A stretch of 64,000 nt of DNA from Salinivirgaceae bacterium (lineage in GTDB: Bacteria > Bacteroidota > Bacteroidia > Bacteroidales > SZUA-534), in NCBI GenBank assembly GCA_050251815.1, contig JBFWMB010000005.1, positions 17,787 through 81,786 on the forward strand, written 5' to 3'. Numbering within the stretch: position 1 is the first letter of the stretch; every line of letters begins with the position of its first letter. Below, piece by piece: positions 1-8,950 of the stretch. The notes beneath the pieces were generated by a model. That model saw only the letters and a list, made by a program, of their open reading frames with translations, did not search any database and was not told the DNA's origin. Position numbers and translations under genes: made by a program.

Positions 1-527
1 ACCTGAACGCCTTTTACAAAAAAAGCACCATTGACTTCCGTTTTTCCAAAAAAATATCCTGCATATTTATCAGGAACAGTAACTTGGTAAGCGGTTGTAC
101 CAAAAATAGCAGCTCCATTTCTTGTACCCTCTAACCTTCCGTAAACAGCATAGTTTCTACCTTCAGCACCATTACCGGCAGAACCAAATACTCCAAAGGA
201 ATCACCACTCCGGGTTGTGCTACTATACGCTTGTCCCCATATTCCGATCAAATATCCCTGACTTTGCCTGGCATCACTATAAATACCATAAAGCCATGAT
301 GAAGAACTTGCAGGGACACCAATTTTGGTATAAATTCCCCCGGTATTTCCGAGACTATAAAAATAACCGGTGTAACCCGTGCTTCCAACATGATTGATGG
401 ATAGCTTTGAATTGACTGTACCAGAAACACCAATTCCAACTTTATTATTAGATCCTACTTCAATCTGAGAGTATCCAAAAAAACTAACTAGTATTAGACT
501 AAAAAAAACAACAGCTATCTTTTTCAT
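1..527 (-). CDS. Secreted Gly/Tyr-rich beta-repeat protein, tail-fibre-domain-like (5' part only; runs off the window edge)
   Basis: Not in the ORF track. Translated by hand from ATG at 527: MKKIAVVFFSLILVSFFGYSQIEVGSNNKVGIGV...YGIYSDA...IGIWGQA...FGVFGSA...YAVYGRL...AAIFGT...YAGYFFGKTEVNG. It has a signal peptide, a KVGIG motif and repeated YG(I/V)YG strands. No stop occurs before position 1. Confidence 0.75.
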   Translation of the reverse strand, partial: MKKIAVVFFSLILVSFFGYSQIEVGSNNKVGIGVSGTVNSKLSINHVGSTGYTGYFYSLGNTGGIYTKIGVPASSSSWLYGIYSDARQSQGYLIGIWGQAYSSTTRSGDSFGVFGSAGNGAEGRNYAVYGRLEGTRNGAAIFGTTAYQVTVPDKYAGYFFGKTEVNGAFFVKGVQ

Positions 528-603
528 TTCTATATAGGTTTAAATTATTGAATGATTAATAGTTTGAGCAGCTAAAAATAAAAAGGGAGGGTGCAATAAT
601 ACT

Positions 604-861
604 TCACTTTTGAAAAGTACCCTTATTTAAATGTTTTCTAAATAGCTTTCCAAAGCCCACTTCATCGCTGAAATAATACGACTGAGACTCCCTACTGTAT
701 TTGATATGCATTCCCATCAAGCGAAAATCACGTAAATCAAGTAATAATTGCCTTTTCGATATTCCTAACTTTTTTGAAAAAGCTATGGTATCGCCTGTAC
801 TTCGATGAAGAATTAGCTCATTCATATGAACCATTCGTTCTGCATACTTAAGGATTGACAT
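604..861 (-). CDS. Small helix-turn-helix DNA-binding protein
   Basis: MSILKYAERMVHMNELILHRSTGDTIAFSKKLGISKRQLLLDLRDFRLMGMHIKYSRESQSYYF matches the TG...FA.KLGIS.R....L...G..I.Y....SY.Y pattern of small Bacteroidota HTH proteins. An upstream start at 891 is also possible. Confidence 0.75.
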   Translation of the reverse strand: MSILKYAERMVHMNELILHRSTGDTIAFSKKLGISKRQLLLDLRDFRLMGMHIKYSRESQSYYFSDEVGFGKLFRKHLNKGTFQK

Positions 862-1129
862 AACTAAAATTATTAAATACACGTGCTCCATATATTTATT
901 CTAAAAACGAAAAAACATAATCGCTATAATTTTGATTTAGACCTGTTTAAAAACCCGCAGTCATTGAAAACAAAGGCGAAAAAAAATTAAAAAAAATTTA
1001 CATCAATTTTATTTTTGTTAAATAAAATCAAGACTGAGCTATTACTTTTTTTCCAACCGGCAACCTTTTGCATAACCTGTTTATTATTCCAAAAAGTTTG
1101 ACCATTTTTGCAGCCTAATACATTTTGCT

Positions 1130-2302
1130 ATGATTCTTTTCGAAGAAGCCGTACATATCGTCTTGCAAAAGGCATCGCTTACTCCCACTGAAAGTATTCC
1201 TTTTTCAGAAAGTGCGGGGCGTATGCTGGCCTCCGATGTACTTTCGGATATGGACATGCCGCCTTTCGACAAAGCTGCCATGGACGGTTTTGCCATCCGC
1301 GAAAGCGAAATAAACCACGACCTTGAAATTATTGAAACCATTGCTGCAGGTCAAACACCTCAAAAGGAAGTTAGCCCGGGCACTGCTGCTCGTATTATGA
1401 CCGGAGCACCGGTTCCCAAAGGAGCCGATTTTGTGATTCAGGTGGAACTTTCGGAAACTACCTGCAACAACCGCGTGGCTTTTAACGGGCATCCCAAAAA
1501 CAACATCATCTACCAGGGTAGCGACGTAAAAACCGGTGATGTGGTGTTGCCTAAAGGACAAGTTATCGATGCCCGGCATATAGCCGTGCTGGCCTCAGTG
1601 GGTTGCACGCAGGTTGATGTGTATAAAAAACCGCTGGTTGGAATTATTTCAACCGGTGATGAGATTGTAGAGCCCAACCAAAAGCCAACGCCTTCGCAAA
1701 TCCGCAACAGCAACGGCCATCAATTGGTTGCCCAGGTAAGCGCCAGTGGTGCTGAACCCCGCTACTACGGCATTTTAAAAGACAATTACCAGCTAACGCG
1801 TGCTGCCATCGAAAAAGGCATGAACGAATGCGATGTGCTGCTGTTAACCGGCGGAGTGAGCATGGGCGATTTCGACTTTGTTCCTAAAATTATGAGCGAT
1901 TTGGGCATCGATATTCTTTTTGATAAGGTGGCCGTTCAACCCGGAAAACCTACCACCTTTGGAGTTAAAGGCAACAAAGTGGTTTTTGGCTTACCCGGAA
2001 ATCCGGTCTCATCATTTATTCAATTCGATATTCTGGTCAAGCCTTTCCTCTACAAAAGCATGAATGCCAATTGGTTCGACCGAACCGTAAAATTGCCGTT
2101 GGCCAGCGACTATGTGCGCAAAAAGGCCGATCGAAGCGCTTACATTCCGGTTACTATCAATAACAAAAGTCAGGTTGTTCCTGCCGATTATCATGGTTCG
2201 GCACATATTTTTGCCTTGCCGCAAAGTCACGGTGTGGCCATTATTCCGCGGGGAGTTTTTCAATTAAAAGCAGGAGATTTGATCGATGTACGATTGTTTT
2301 AG
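1130..2302 (+). CDS. moeA: Molybdopterin molybdotransferase MoeA (gephyrin-like)
   Basis: PPFDKAAMDGFA, IMTGAPVP, STGDEI, GGVSMGDFD, QPGKP and GLPGNPVS motifs. Confidence 0.95.
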   Translation: MILFEEAVHIVLQKASLTPTESIPFSESAGRMLASDVLSDMDMPPFDKAAMDGFAIRESEINHDLEIIETIAAGQTPQKEVSPGTAARIMTGAPVPKGADFVIQVELSETTCNNRVAFNGHPKNNIIYQGSDVKTGDVVLPKGQVIDARHIAVLASVGCTQVDVYKKPLVGIISTGDEIVEPNQKPTPSQIRNSNGHQLVAQVSASGAEPRYYGILKDNYQLTRAAIEKGMNECDVLLLTGGVSMGDFDFVPKIMSDLGIDILFDKVAVQPGKPTTFGVKGNKVVFGLPGNPVSSFIQFDILVKPFLYKSMNANWFDRTVKLPLASDYVRKKADRSAYIPVTINNKSQVVPADYHGSAHIFALPQSHGVAIIPRGVFQLKAGDLIDVRLF

Positions 2303-3086
2303 CCGAAAAATAAATTACCTACGCGTATCGGTTACCGACCGCTGCAACTTCCGCTGCACCTATTGTATGCCTGCCGAAGGGGTTGAATTGCTAAAGCATG
2401 ACGACATTCTATCGTTCGACGAAATTGTTGAAACCATAACATACGGCGTTTCGCAAGGCATTACCAAGGTACGGCTTACCGGAGGCGAACCGCTGGTTCG
2501 GAAAGGCATAGTTAATTTGGTGCAGATGATTCGTTCCATCGAGGGCATCACCGACTTATCGATGACCACCAACGGAGTATTGCTCGCTGAACTGGCGCAA
2601 GCCCTTAAAGAAGCCGGATTGCAACGGGTAAACATCAGCCTCGACACGTTGGATCCGGAACGCTTTAAACAACTTACCCGCGTTGGGAATCTGCAGGATG
2701 TGTTGAATGGCATTGAAGCAGCAAAAAAAGCCGGACTGACTCCCATTAAACTCAATTGCGTGGTAAAAAACTCAGGCCAGGAGCCTGATGCGCTAATGGT
2801 TACTAAATTTGCCAAAGAAAACAACTTACAGGTGCGCTACATCCACGAGATGGATTTGGCCAAAGGAACTTTCAGTGTGGTTGAAGGTGGCGATGGAGGA
2901 AATTGTGCCATCTGTAACCGGCTGCGCTTAACTGCCAACGGAAACATTATGCCTTGTTTGTTTAGCAACAAGGGCTATAACATTCGCGAACTGGGAATTG
3001 AAGAAGCCTACCATCAGGCATTGCTTAAAAAGCCCAAAAGCGGAAAAGTAAATAACAAAGGAAGCTTTTATAACATTGGCGGATAA
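2286..3086 (+). CDS. moaA: GTP 3',8-cyclase MoaA (radical SAM; short form)
   Basis: YLRVSVTDRCNFRCTYCMP, LTGGEPL, C-terminal CAICNRLRLTANG..PC cluster motif and terminal IGG. Confidence 0.92.
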   Translation: MYDCFSRKINYLRVSVTDRCNFRCTYCMPAEGVELLKHDDILSFDEIVETITYGVSQGITKVRLTGGEPLVRKGIVNLVQMIRSIEGITDLSMTTNGVLLAELAQALKEAGLQRVNISLDTLDPERFKQLTRVGNLQDVLNGIEAAKKAGLTPIKLNCVVKNSGQEPDALMVTKFAKENNLQVRYIHEMDLAKGTFSVVEGGDGGNCAICNRLRLTANGNIMPCLFSNKGYNIRELGIEEAYHQALLKKPKSGKVNNKGSFYNIGG

Positions 3087-3108
3087 TAATTTTTAGAAAA
3101 CAAACACC

Positions 3109-3558
3109 ATGAGCAAAGAATTAAGCCATACCGACCAGCAGGGAAAAGCCAATATGGTAGATGTGGGACACAAGCCCCAACAAACCCGTACAGCAAAAGC
3201 ATCCGGGGTCATTCGCCTTCAGCCAAAAACTATTGAACTGATACGCGAAAACCAGCTAAAAAAGGGCGATGTACTTACCATAGCCGAAATTGCAGGCATA
3301 CAGGCCGGGAAGCGGACCTCGGAATTAATTCCCCTATGTCATCCGCTGCTGATAACTAAACTCGATGTTAAGGCTCAATTAACCGACACTGGTGTTCACT
3401 GCGAAAGTTTTGCCAAATGCATCGGGCAAACCGGTATTGAAATGGAAGCACTGACAGCAGTTAGCGTTGCGCTGCTAACCATTTACGACATGTGTAAAGC
3501 GGTGGATAAAGGAATGGTGATTGAAGCAGTTCATCTGGTTGAAAAAACCAAAAAATAG
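3109..3558 (+). CDS. moaC: Cyclic pyranopterin monophosphate synthase MoaC
   Basis: LSH...ANMVDV, KKGDVL, LIPLCH, TGIEMEALT and IYDMCKAVDK motifs. Confidence 0.96.
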   Translation: MSKELSHTDQQGKANMVDVGHKPQQTRTAKASGVIRLQPKTIELIRENQLKKGDVLTIAEIAGIQAGKRTSELIPLCHPLLITKLDVKAQLTDTGVHCESFAKCIGQTGIEMEALTAVSVALLTIYDMCKAVDKGMVIEAVHLVEKTKK

Positions 3559-3783
3559 GCTCACTGCTAATTCAGCATCCAGGAAAAAATAAAAGTAATT
3601 GTGCGTTCTTAAACGAGAAGTTGAATACAATAGTTTTCCCAATAAGTTGCAGTTGCAAAAAGGCTAACAGCATAACTATTAACTCCCTGACGCAGTTCAA
3701 TATTTCGTTTTTTTTGCGATGCAAAACACCAGGAAACCGGAAAATAATGAAAGTTAGATTTTAGCATACATGCATTATTTTAA

Positions 3784-3791
3784 TACATTTG
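3784..3791 (+). promoter_or_regulatory. Bacteroidota sigma-70 -7 element (TACATTTG)
   Basis: Matches TAnnTTTG, 20 nt before the ATG at 3812, which supports that start. Confidence 0.5.
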
Positions 3792-3811
3792 CTAAATTCA
3801 AGAAACAGACT

Positions 3812-6037
3812 ATGTCCACTTTAACAAACAACAAAAAATTTGGAACTGCACCGGTATTTTTTACCGCCATTTCAACCATATTAGGAGCTATCCTTTTTTT
3901 AAGATTTGGTTTTGCCGTAGGTACTCTGGGTTTTTGGGGCGTAATTTTAATTATCTTATTGGGCCATTTAGTTACCATTCCCACCGCCCTGGCCATTTCA
4001 GAATTAGCAACCAATAAGCGGGTTGAAGGAGGTGGCGAGTATTTTATTATTTCCCGTTCGTTTGGTTTAAATATTGGAGCGACTATTGGTATTGCATTGT
4101 TTCTTTCACAAGCTATCAGTGTAGCTTTTTATGTGATAGCATTTACGGAAGCCTTCGATTTTTTCTTTCAATTTATCGCCGAACGCTTTAATATGGAACT
4201 TCAAAGGCAATTCATCAGCATACCAGCTATGTTTGTTCTTGCTGTTTTAATTTTAAAAAAAGGAGCAAACATGGGTGTAAAGGCTCTTTATTTTGTGGTT
4301 GCCATATTAGGAATCTCATTGGTGCTATTTTTTTTAGGCGATACCCCTCACGCAAATATTTCAGGATTTAGTCTTGAAAATGCAGAATTACGAAATATGG
4401 ATCAGTTCTTTATAGTATTTGCCATTATTTTTCCTGCATTTACCGGAATGACAGCTGGTGTGGGTCTATCGGGCGATTTAAAAAAACCATCCAAATCAAT
4501 TCCAATAGGAACCACCGCGGCTACTTTTATAGGGATGATTCTTTACGTCTTTATTGTCTACAAATTAGCCCTTTCGGCCAACATCGACGATTTGACCAAC
4601 AATCAGTTAATTATGGCTCAAATTGCTATAGGCGGTGCATTTTTTATTCCCTTAGGACTGGCTGCTTCAACCATATCTTCAGCACTGGGCTCAATTATGG
4701 TTGCTCCGCGAACACTTCAAGCTCTGGCTTTAGACAATGCTTTTCCAATAAAAAAAATGAACCGCTGGTTGGCTAAAGAACGCACAAAAGACAATGAACC
4801 TTTTAATGCCTCACTAATCACCATTTTAATTGCTTTTGTATTTGTTGCCTTAGGTGATGTTAACTTTGTTGCCAGTATTATCTCAATGTTTTTTATGGTA
4901 ACTTATGGGTCGCTTTGCCTGATCAGTTTTTTAAATCATTTTGGCTCATCGCCTTCCTACCGTCCTTCGTTTAAATCAAAATGGTTCTTATCGCTTATTG
5001 GCTTTGTTGTTTCAGTTTGGGTCATGTTCAAAATCAACACCCCTTATGCGCTATTGGCTTTTACCTTAATGATATTATTGTATTTATACATTAAAAGCTA
5101 TCACAAAAACCGACGTGGCTTAGAAGGTATTTATGCCAATACCGTTTACCAGCTAAGCCGAAACCTCCATGTGTTTATACAAAAAAACAGGGATAAAGAT
5201 TCCTATAAAGAGTGGAGACCCAGTGCTATTTGTATCTCAAAAAGTTCCTTTGAACGCGAGAATGCATTTAAATTGCTGGATTGGATATCATACAAATTTG
5301 GTTTTGGAACCTACCTGCATCACATCAACGGTTATTACTCAAAAGCAACTCATTTACAGGCAGAAACGGAGCTTACCAAGCTAATAAATAAAGTGTTGCG
5401 CAAAGGCAGCCATTTATATGTCGACACAATTATTTCGCCGTCAAACACCTCGGCTATAGCACAAGCCATTCAGATACCGGGTATTTCGGGCATGGAAAAT
5501 AATCTGGTGATTTTTGAATTCGATAAAAACAGCCAGGAAAACCTTCATGAAATAATCGATAACATTTCGCTGGTTTCGGCCGGAAATTTTGATATCGGGG
5601 TATTAGCCAGCAGCCGCAAAGAAATAAACTACAAAAACGGCATCCACCTGTGGATTAGAACCATTGATACCGAAAATGCAAATTTACTTATATTGCTAAG
5701 CTTTGTTATTCTGGGTCATCCTGACTGGAGAAAAGCTGATATTAAAGTATTCAATTTAGTTAAAAAGCAGGAATTTGAAGAAGCAAAAAAACAAATGAAA
5801 AACCTGGTAGTAGAAGGTCGCCTGCCAATTACGGAAAAAAATATTGAAGTGCTGATTCAGGATGAAAGCATTTCATCAAAAACACTCATCAATGAGAAAT
5901 CCGAAAATGCCGGATTTACTATAATTGGATTCAGGCTGGAATCTCTTAAACACGAAAAAGAAAAAATATTTACCGGCTACCAAAATCTTGGAAATATACT
6001 TTTTGTACACTCTCATTTTCAAAAAACTATTGAATAG
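3812..6037 (+). CDS. Cation-chloride cotransporter (SLC12/CCC-like, APC superfamily)
   Basis: GGGEYFIISRSFG, FPAFTGMTAG..LSGDLKKPSKSIPIGT, PSYRPSF and WRP motifs, about 12 TM segments and a large cytoplasmic C-terminal domain. Confidence 0.85.
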   Translation: MSTLTNNKKFGTAPVFFTAISTILGAILFLRFGFAVGTLGFWGVILIILLGHLVTIPTALAISELATNKRVEGGGEYFIISRSFGLNIGATIGIALFLSQAISVAFYVIAFTEAFDFFFQFIAERFNMELQRQFISIPAMFVLAVLILKKGANMGVKALYFVVAILGISLVLFFLGDTPHANISGFSLENAELRNMDQFFIVFAIIFPAFTGMTAGVGLSGDLKKPSKSIPIGTTAATFIGMILYVFIVYKLALSANIDDLTNNQLIMAQIAIGGAFFIPLGLAASTISSALGSIMVAPRTLQALALDNAFPIKKMNRWLAKERTKDNEPFNASLITILIAFVFVALGDVNFVASIISMFFMVTYGSLCLISFLNHFGSSPSYRPSFKSKWFLSLIGFVVSVWVMFKINTPYALLAFTLMILLYLYIKSYHKNRRGLEGIYANTVYQLSRNLHVFIQKNRDKDSYKEWRPSAICISKSSFERENAFKLLDWISYKFGFGTYLHHINGYYSKATHLQAETELTKLINKVLRKGSHLYVDTIISPSNTSAIAQAIQIPGISGMENNLVIFEFDKNSQENLHEIIDNISLVSAGNFDIGVLASSRKEINYKNGIHLWIRTIDTENANLLILLSFVILGHPDWRKADIKVFNLVKKQEFEEAKKQMKNLVVEGRLPITEKNIEVLIQDESISSKTLINEKSENAGFTIIGFRLESLKHEKEKIFTGYQNLGNILFVHSHFQKTIE

Positions 6038-6100
6038 CTGTTTATATAATAAGCATGCAAAAACTTTTTTGATATATTTAAAGTCTTAAAAAATACAAGT

Positions 6101-6475
6101 ATGTTACCTCTCATTCTCGACAAAACACAGGACACTCCCGGAGTAATACTCGATGCGGCACAAAAACATTTCTGGTTTACAGGAACTTCAATCCCTGAAA
6201 ACACCCATAAATTTTTTGAACCTGTTTTTGTCTGGATAGAAAACTATTTAAAAGAACCCAATCAGGAAACGATTGTAAACTTTAAGATGACTTACTTTAA
6301 TACCTCATCAACCAAATCGCTACTCGATTTGATGATACTTTTTAAGGAACTGGCTAAAAACGGAAAATCACTGATTATCAACTGGTATTTTCCCAACGAA
6401 GACGAGGATATGTACGAAGCCGGTCTGGGTTTTTCAAAAATGGTCCGTTTCCCGTTCAATTTTATCAATTATTAA
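6101..6475 (+). CDS. SiaC-family (DUF1987) regulatory phosphoprotein
   Basis: TP.V...G.SIPEN...FF.PV..WI, YFNTSS.K and WY....DEDM.E.G motifs. Confidence 0.85.
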   Translation: MLPLILDKTQDTPGVILDAAQKHFWFTGTSIPENTHKFFEPVFVWIENYLKEPNQETIVNFKMTYFNTSSTKSLLDLMILFKELAKNGKSLIINWYFPNEDEDMYEAGLGFSKMVRFPFNFINY

Positions 6476-6488
6476 TCTATTATAAGTT

Positions 6489-6938
6489 ATGTCTGATCAC
6501 ATAGAAGTTGTTTCAGTAAATATTTCAGAGAAAAAAGGGACCATAAAAACTCCCCGTCCGAGCATCGACCTGAATGAAAAGGGCGTTGCCCTGGATGCAC
6601 ATGCCGGCGATTGGCATCGGCAGGTGAGCTTACTGGCCGAGGAAAGCATCCGGAGTTTTGAACCCAAACTGGGACGCCCCATTGAATTTGGCGAATTTGC
6701 CGAAAACATAACCACCCGCGGAATTGTGCTTTACAAAACCACTCCGGGCGACAAATTTATAATTGGCGAAACCGAATTGGAAGTTACCCAAATTGGCAAA
6801 ATATGTCATGGCGACGATTGCCAGATTTTTCAGGCTGTTGGCAAATGCGTAATGCCCAAGGAAGGCATCTTTTGCAAGGTAATAAAAGGCGGTTCCATTA
6901 AACCCGGCGACCGTATTAAATACATAAAAAGCTCATAA
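6489..6938 (+). CDS. MOSC domain protein (putative sulfur carrier)
   Basis: VSVNISEKKG, DAHAGDWHRQVSLL, GEFAENITT, EVTQIGKICH..C.I....G.CVMPKEGIF motifs. Confidence 0.9.
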   Translation: MSDHIEVVSVNISEKKGTIKTPRPSIDLNEKGVALDAHAGDWHRQVSLLAEESIRSFEPKLGRPIEFGEFAENITTRGIVLYKTTPGDKFIIGETELEVTQIGKICHGDDCQIFQAVGKCVMPKEGIFCKVIKGGSIKPGDRIKYIKSS

Positions 6939-6961
6939 TAAACACTTAAAAGCCTACCGCA

Positions 6962-7801
6962 GTGAAAGTAAACACCATTTACCGGATTACAAGCCACAAG
7001 CAACATGTCGAGGTTGATGACGTTTCTACCTCACCCCATAAAGTGTCGAAACAGGTTTTGATTTTCGAAGATCTACTACCTGAACCCGATGTGTTAAAAT
7101 CATTTACCGGCGAAACTGCCGTAGGAACCATCCTGGTTCTCGACGCCTTCGATAAAGAGCCGTTCAATCCCTTCGATGCCATTACCGGAGCCGAAAGTAA
7201 TTTACAGGTGGTAAAAACTTTAGTATTTAGTGGAATCACCGGTGTACTTTGTCTACCCGAAGATTATCAGACTTTTTATATCGGTCAGGATCTGATTCAC
7301 TTACCCAAATTATTCACTGCCCGGGTGGTTACTTTAAGCGACCGTGCTCACCGGGGGATTTACGAAGATAAAAGCGGACCGCTGATTGTGGAAGAACTCA
7401 ACCGCTTTTTTTATAAAGCCAATAAAAAAGCCGCCATTAAACATACCATAATTCCCGACAATGCCGACGAACTGGGACTAATTCTGGAAGAATGTAAAAT
7501 CGGTAAAACCGATTTGCTAATCACAACCGGAGGAACAGGCATCGGCAAACGCGACATTACGGTGGAAACTGTACGGATGCACATGGATAAAGAGATTCCC
7601 GGCATTATGGATATGATTCGTTTAAAATACGGAGCCGAAAAACCCAATGCTTTATTAAGCCGAAGTATAGCAGGAACCATGAATCAAACCCTGTTTTACA
7701 CCTTGCCGGGAAGTCCAAAAGCCTGCGAAGAATATTTATCAGAAATTTTTAAAACCCTGGATCATTTATTTTACATGATTCATGGATTCGATGTACATTA
7801 A
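6962..7801 (+). CDS. mogA: Molybdopterin adenylyltransferase (MogA/MoaB family) with a degenerate MOSC-like N-terminal extension
   Basis: VVTLSDRAHRGIYEDKSG, TTGGTGIGKRDIT, KEIPG, ALLSR and LPGSPKA motifs. GTG start. Confidence 0.8.
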   Translation: MKVNTIYRITSHKQHVEVDDVSTSPHKVSKQVLIFEDLLPEPDVLKSFTGETAVGTILVLDAFDKEPFNPFDAITGAESNLQVVKTLVFSGITGVLCLPEDYQTFYIGQDLIHLPKLFTARVVTLSDRAHRGIYEDKSGPLIVEELNRFFYKANKKAAIKHTIIPDNADELGLILEECKIGKTDLLITTGGTGIGKRDITVETVRMHMDKEIPGIMDMIRLKYGAEKPNALLSRSIAGTMNQTLFYTLPGSPKACEEYLSEIFKTLDHLFYMIHGFDVH

Positions 7802-7819
7802 TTCTTAAACTAAACCTAA

Positions 7820-8908
7820 ATGAACAAATTAATCCCCTTACTGCTTATTGCACTGGTTTCGTGCAGTGCACCAAAAACTAACGAGTTTCAAATCCACGGA
7901 AAAATTGCGGGTAAAACACCCAACAAAGCATACTTGCAAGTTTATGAAAACGGAAGTATGCAAGTACTCGACTCATCGACATTTACCAAAGGTGAATTCC
8001 GTTTTAGCGGATCGGTTGATTTCCCCGATAACTATATTATTCAGTTGGGACAGGAACGCAACTACATCAATCTGTTTGTCGAAAATTCAAAAATTAAAAT
8101 TACCGCTCATATCGACAGCCTGGATAATGCAATAATTACGGGTTCAGAAACCCAAAATCAATGGCTGGCTTACCAGAACGTTAAAGAACCTTTCGAAACC
8201 CAGTTGGGCGAAGTGTATCAATTGTTTAAAACCGAAACCGATGCCACCATAAAAGCGGAATTGGAACAACAATACGACTCTATTGATGCGGTTAAAAACA
8301 ATAGGGTTAAAGAATGGATAAGTGCCAATGGTACTTCAGTTTTGGCTCCTTACATTATCCGTCGCGAACTGGTTTACTACCTCGAGATGGATGAGCTGGA
8401 AGCCTTGCTAAATGCTATTTCACCCGAATTGATTCAGTACAAATACACCAAAGAATTACACGAAAGACTGGAAACGCTACGTACCCTGCAACCGGGAAAA
8501 CCCGCACCAGAATTTTCGCAAAACAATCCCGAAGGAGAACCGGTAAACTTAAGCGATTTTAAAGGAAAATATTTGCTTATCGACTTCTGGGCTTCGTGGT
8601 GTGGTCCTTGCCGCAGGGCTAACCCTACCGTTGTAGCCATGCACAACAAGTACAAAAATAAAGGATTCACCATACTGGGCGTGTCGATGGACAAGGATCG
8701 TGAAAAATGGCTTCAGGCTATTGAAGACGATAAATTGAACTGGTCGCAGGTGTCTGATCTTGGCGGATGGACCAATCCGGTGGGAAAATTATATGGTGTA
8801 AACAGCATTCCACACGCCATTCTTATCGATCCCGATGGAAACATCGTTAAACGGGGTGTTCATCCAAACGAATTGGATGAACTATTGGGAACCTTACTTA
8901 AAAAATAA
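7820..8908 (+). CDS. TlpA-family thiol:disulfide oxidoreductase lipoprotein (DUF4369 + AhpC/TSA)
   Basis: Lipobox LVSC, APEFSQ, IDFWASWCGPC, GVSMD and IPHAILID motifs. Confidence 0.9.
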   Translation: MNKLIPLLLIALVSCSAPKTNEFQIHGKIAGKTPNKAYLQVYENGSMQVLDSSTFTKGEFRFSGSVDFPDNYIIQLGQERNYINLFVENSKIKITAHIDSLDNAIITGSETQNQWLAYQNVKEPFETQLGEVYQLFKTETDATIKAELEQQYDSIDAVKNNRVKEWISANGTSVLAPYIIRRELVYYLEMDELEALLNAISPELIQYKYTKELHERLETLRTLQPGKPAPEFSQNNPEGEPVNLSDFKGKYLLIDFWASWCGPCRRANPTVVAMHNKYKNKGFTILGVSMDKDREKWLQAIEDDKLNWSQVSDLGGWTNPVGKLYGVNSIPHAILIDPDGNIVKRGVHPNELDELLGTLLKK

Positions 8909-8950
8909 ACACCAGTAAAATACTCAGGGAATTAGACACTTGCTAACTCC

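Noticed and set aside
122-439. ORF-track entries 122..397 (+) and 248..439 (-)
   Set aside because: Both are shadows of the longer minus-strand frame starting at 527, which has a signal peptide and coherent repeats.
1-527. Tail-fibre-like gene as evidence of a prophage
   Set aside because: The protein has a Sec signal peptide, and no phage structural, integrase or lysis genes are present in the window.
2286-3086. moaA as a pseudogene because it is only 266 aa
   Set aside because: Both Fe-S cluster motifs and the terminal GG are intact in one frame, so it looks like a naturally compact form.
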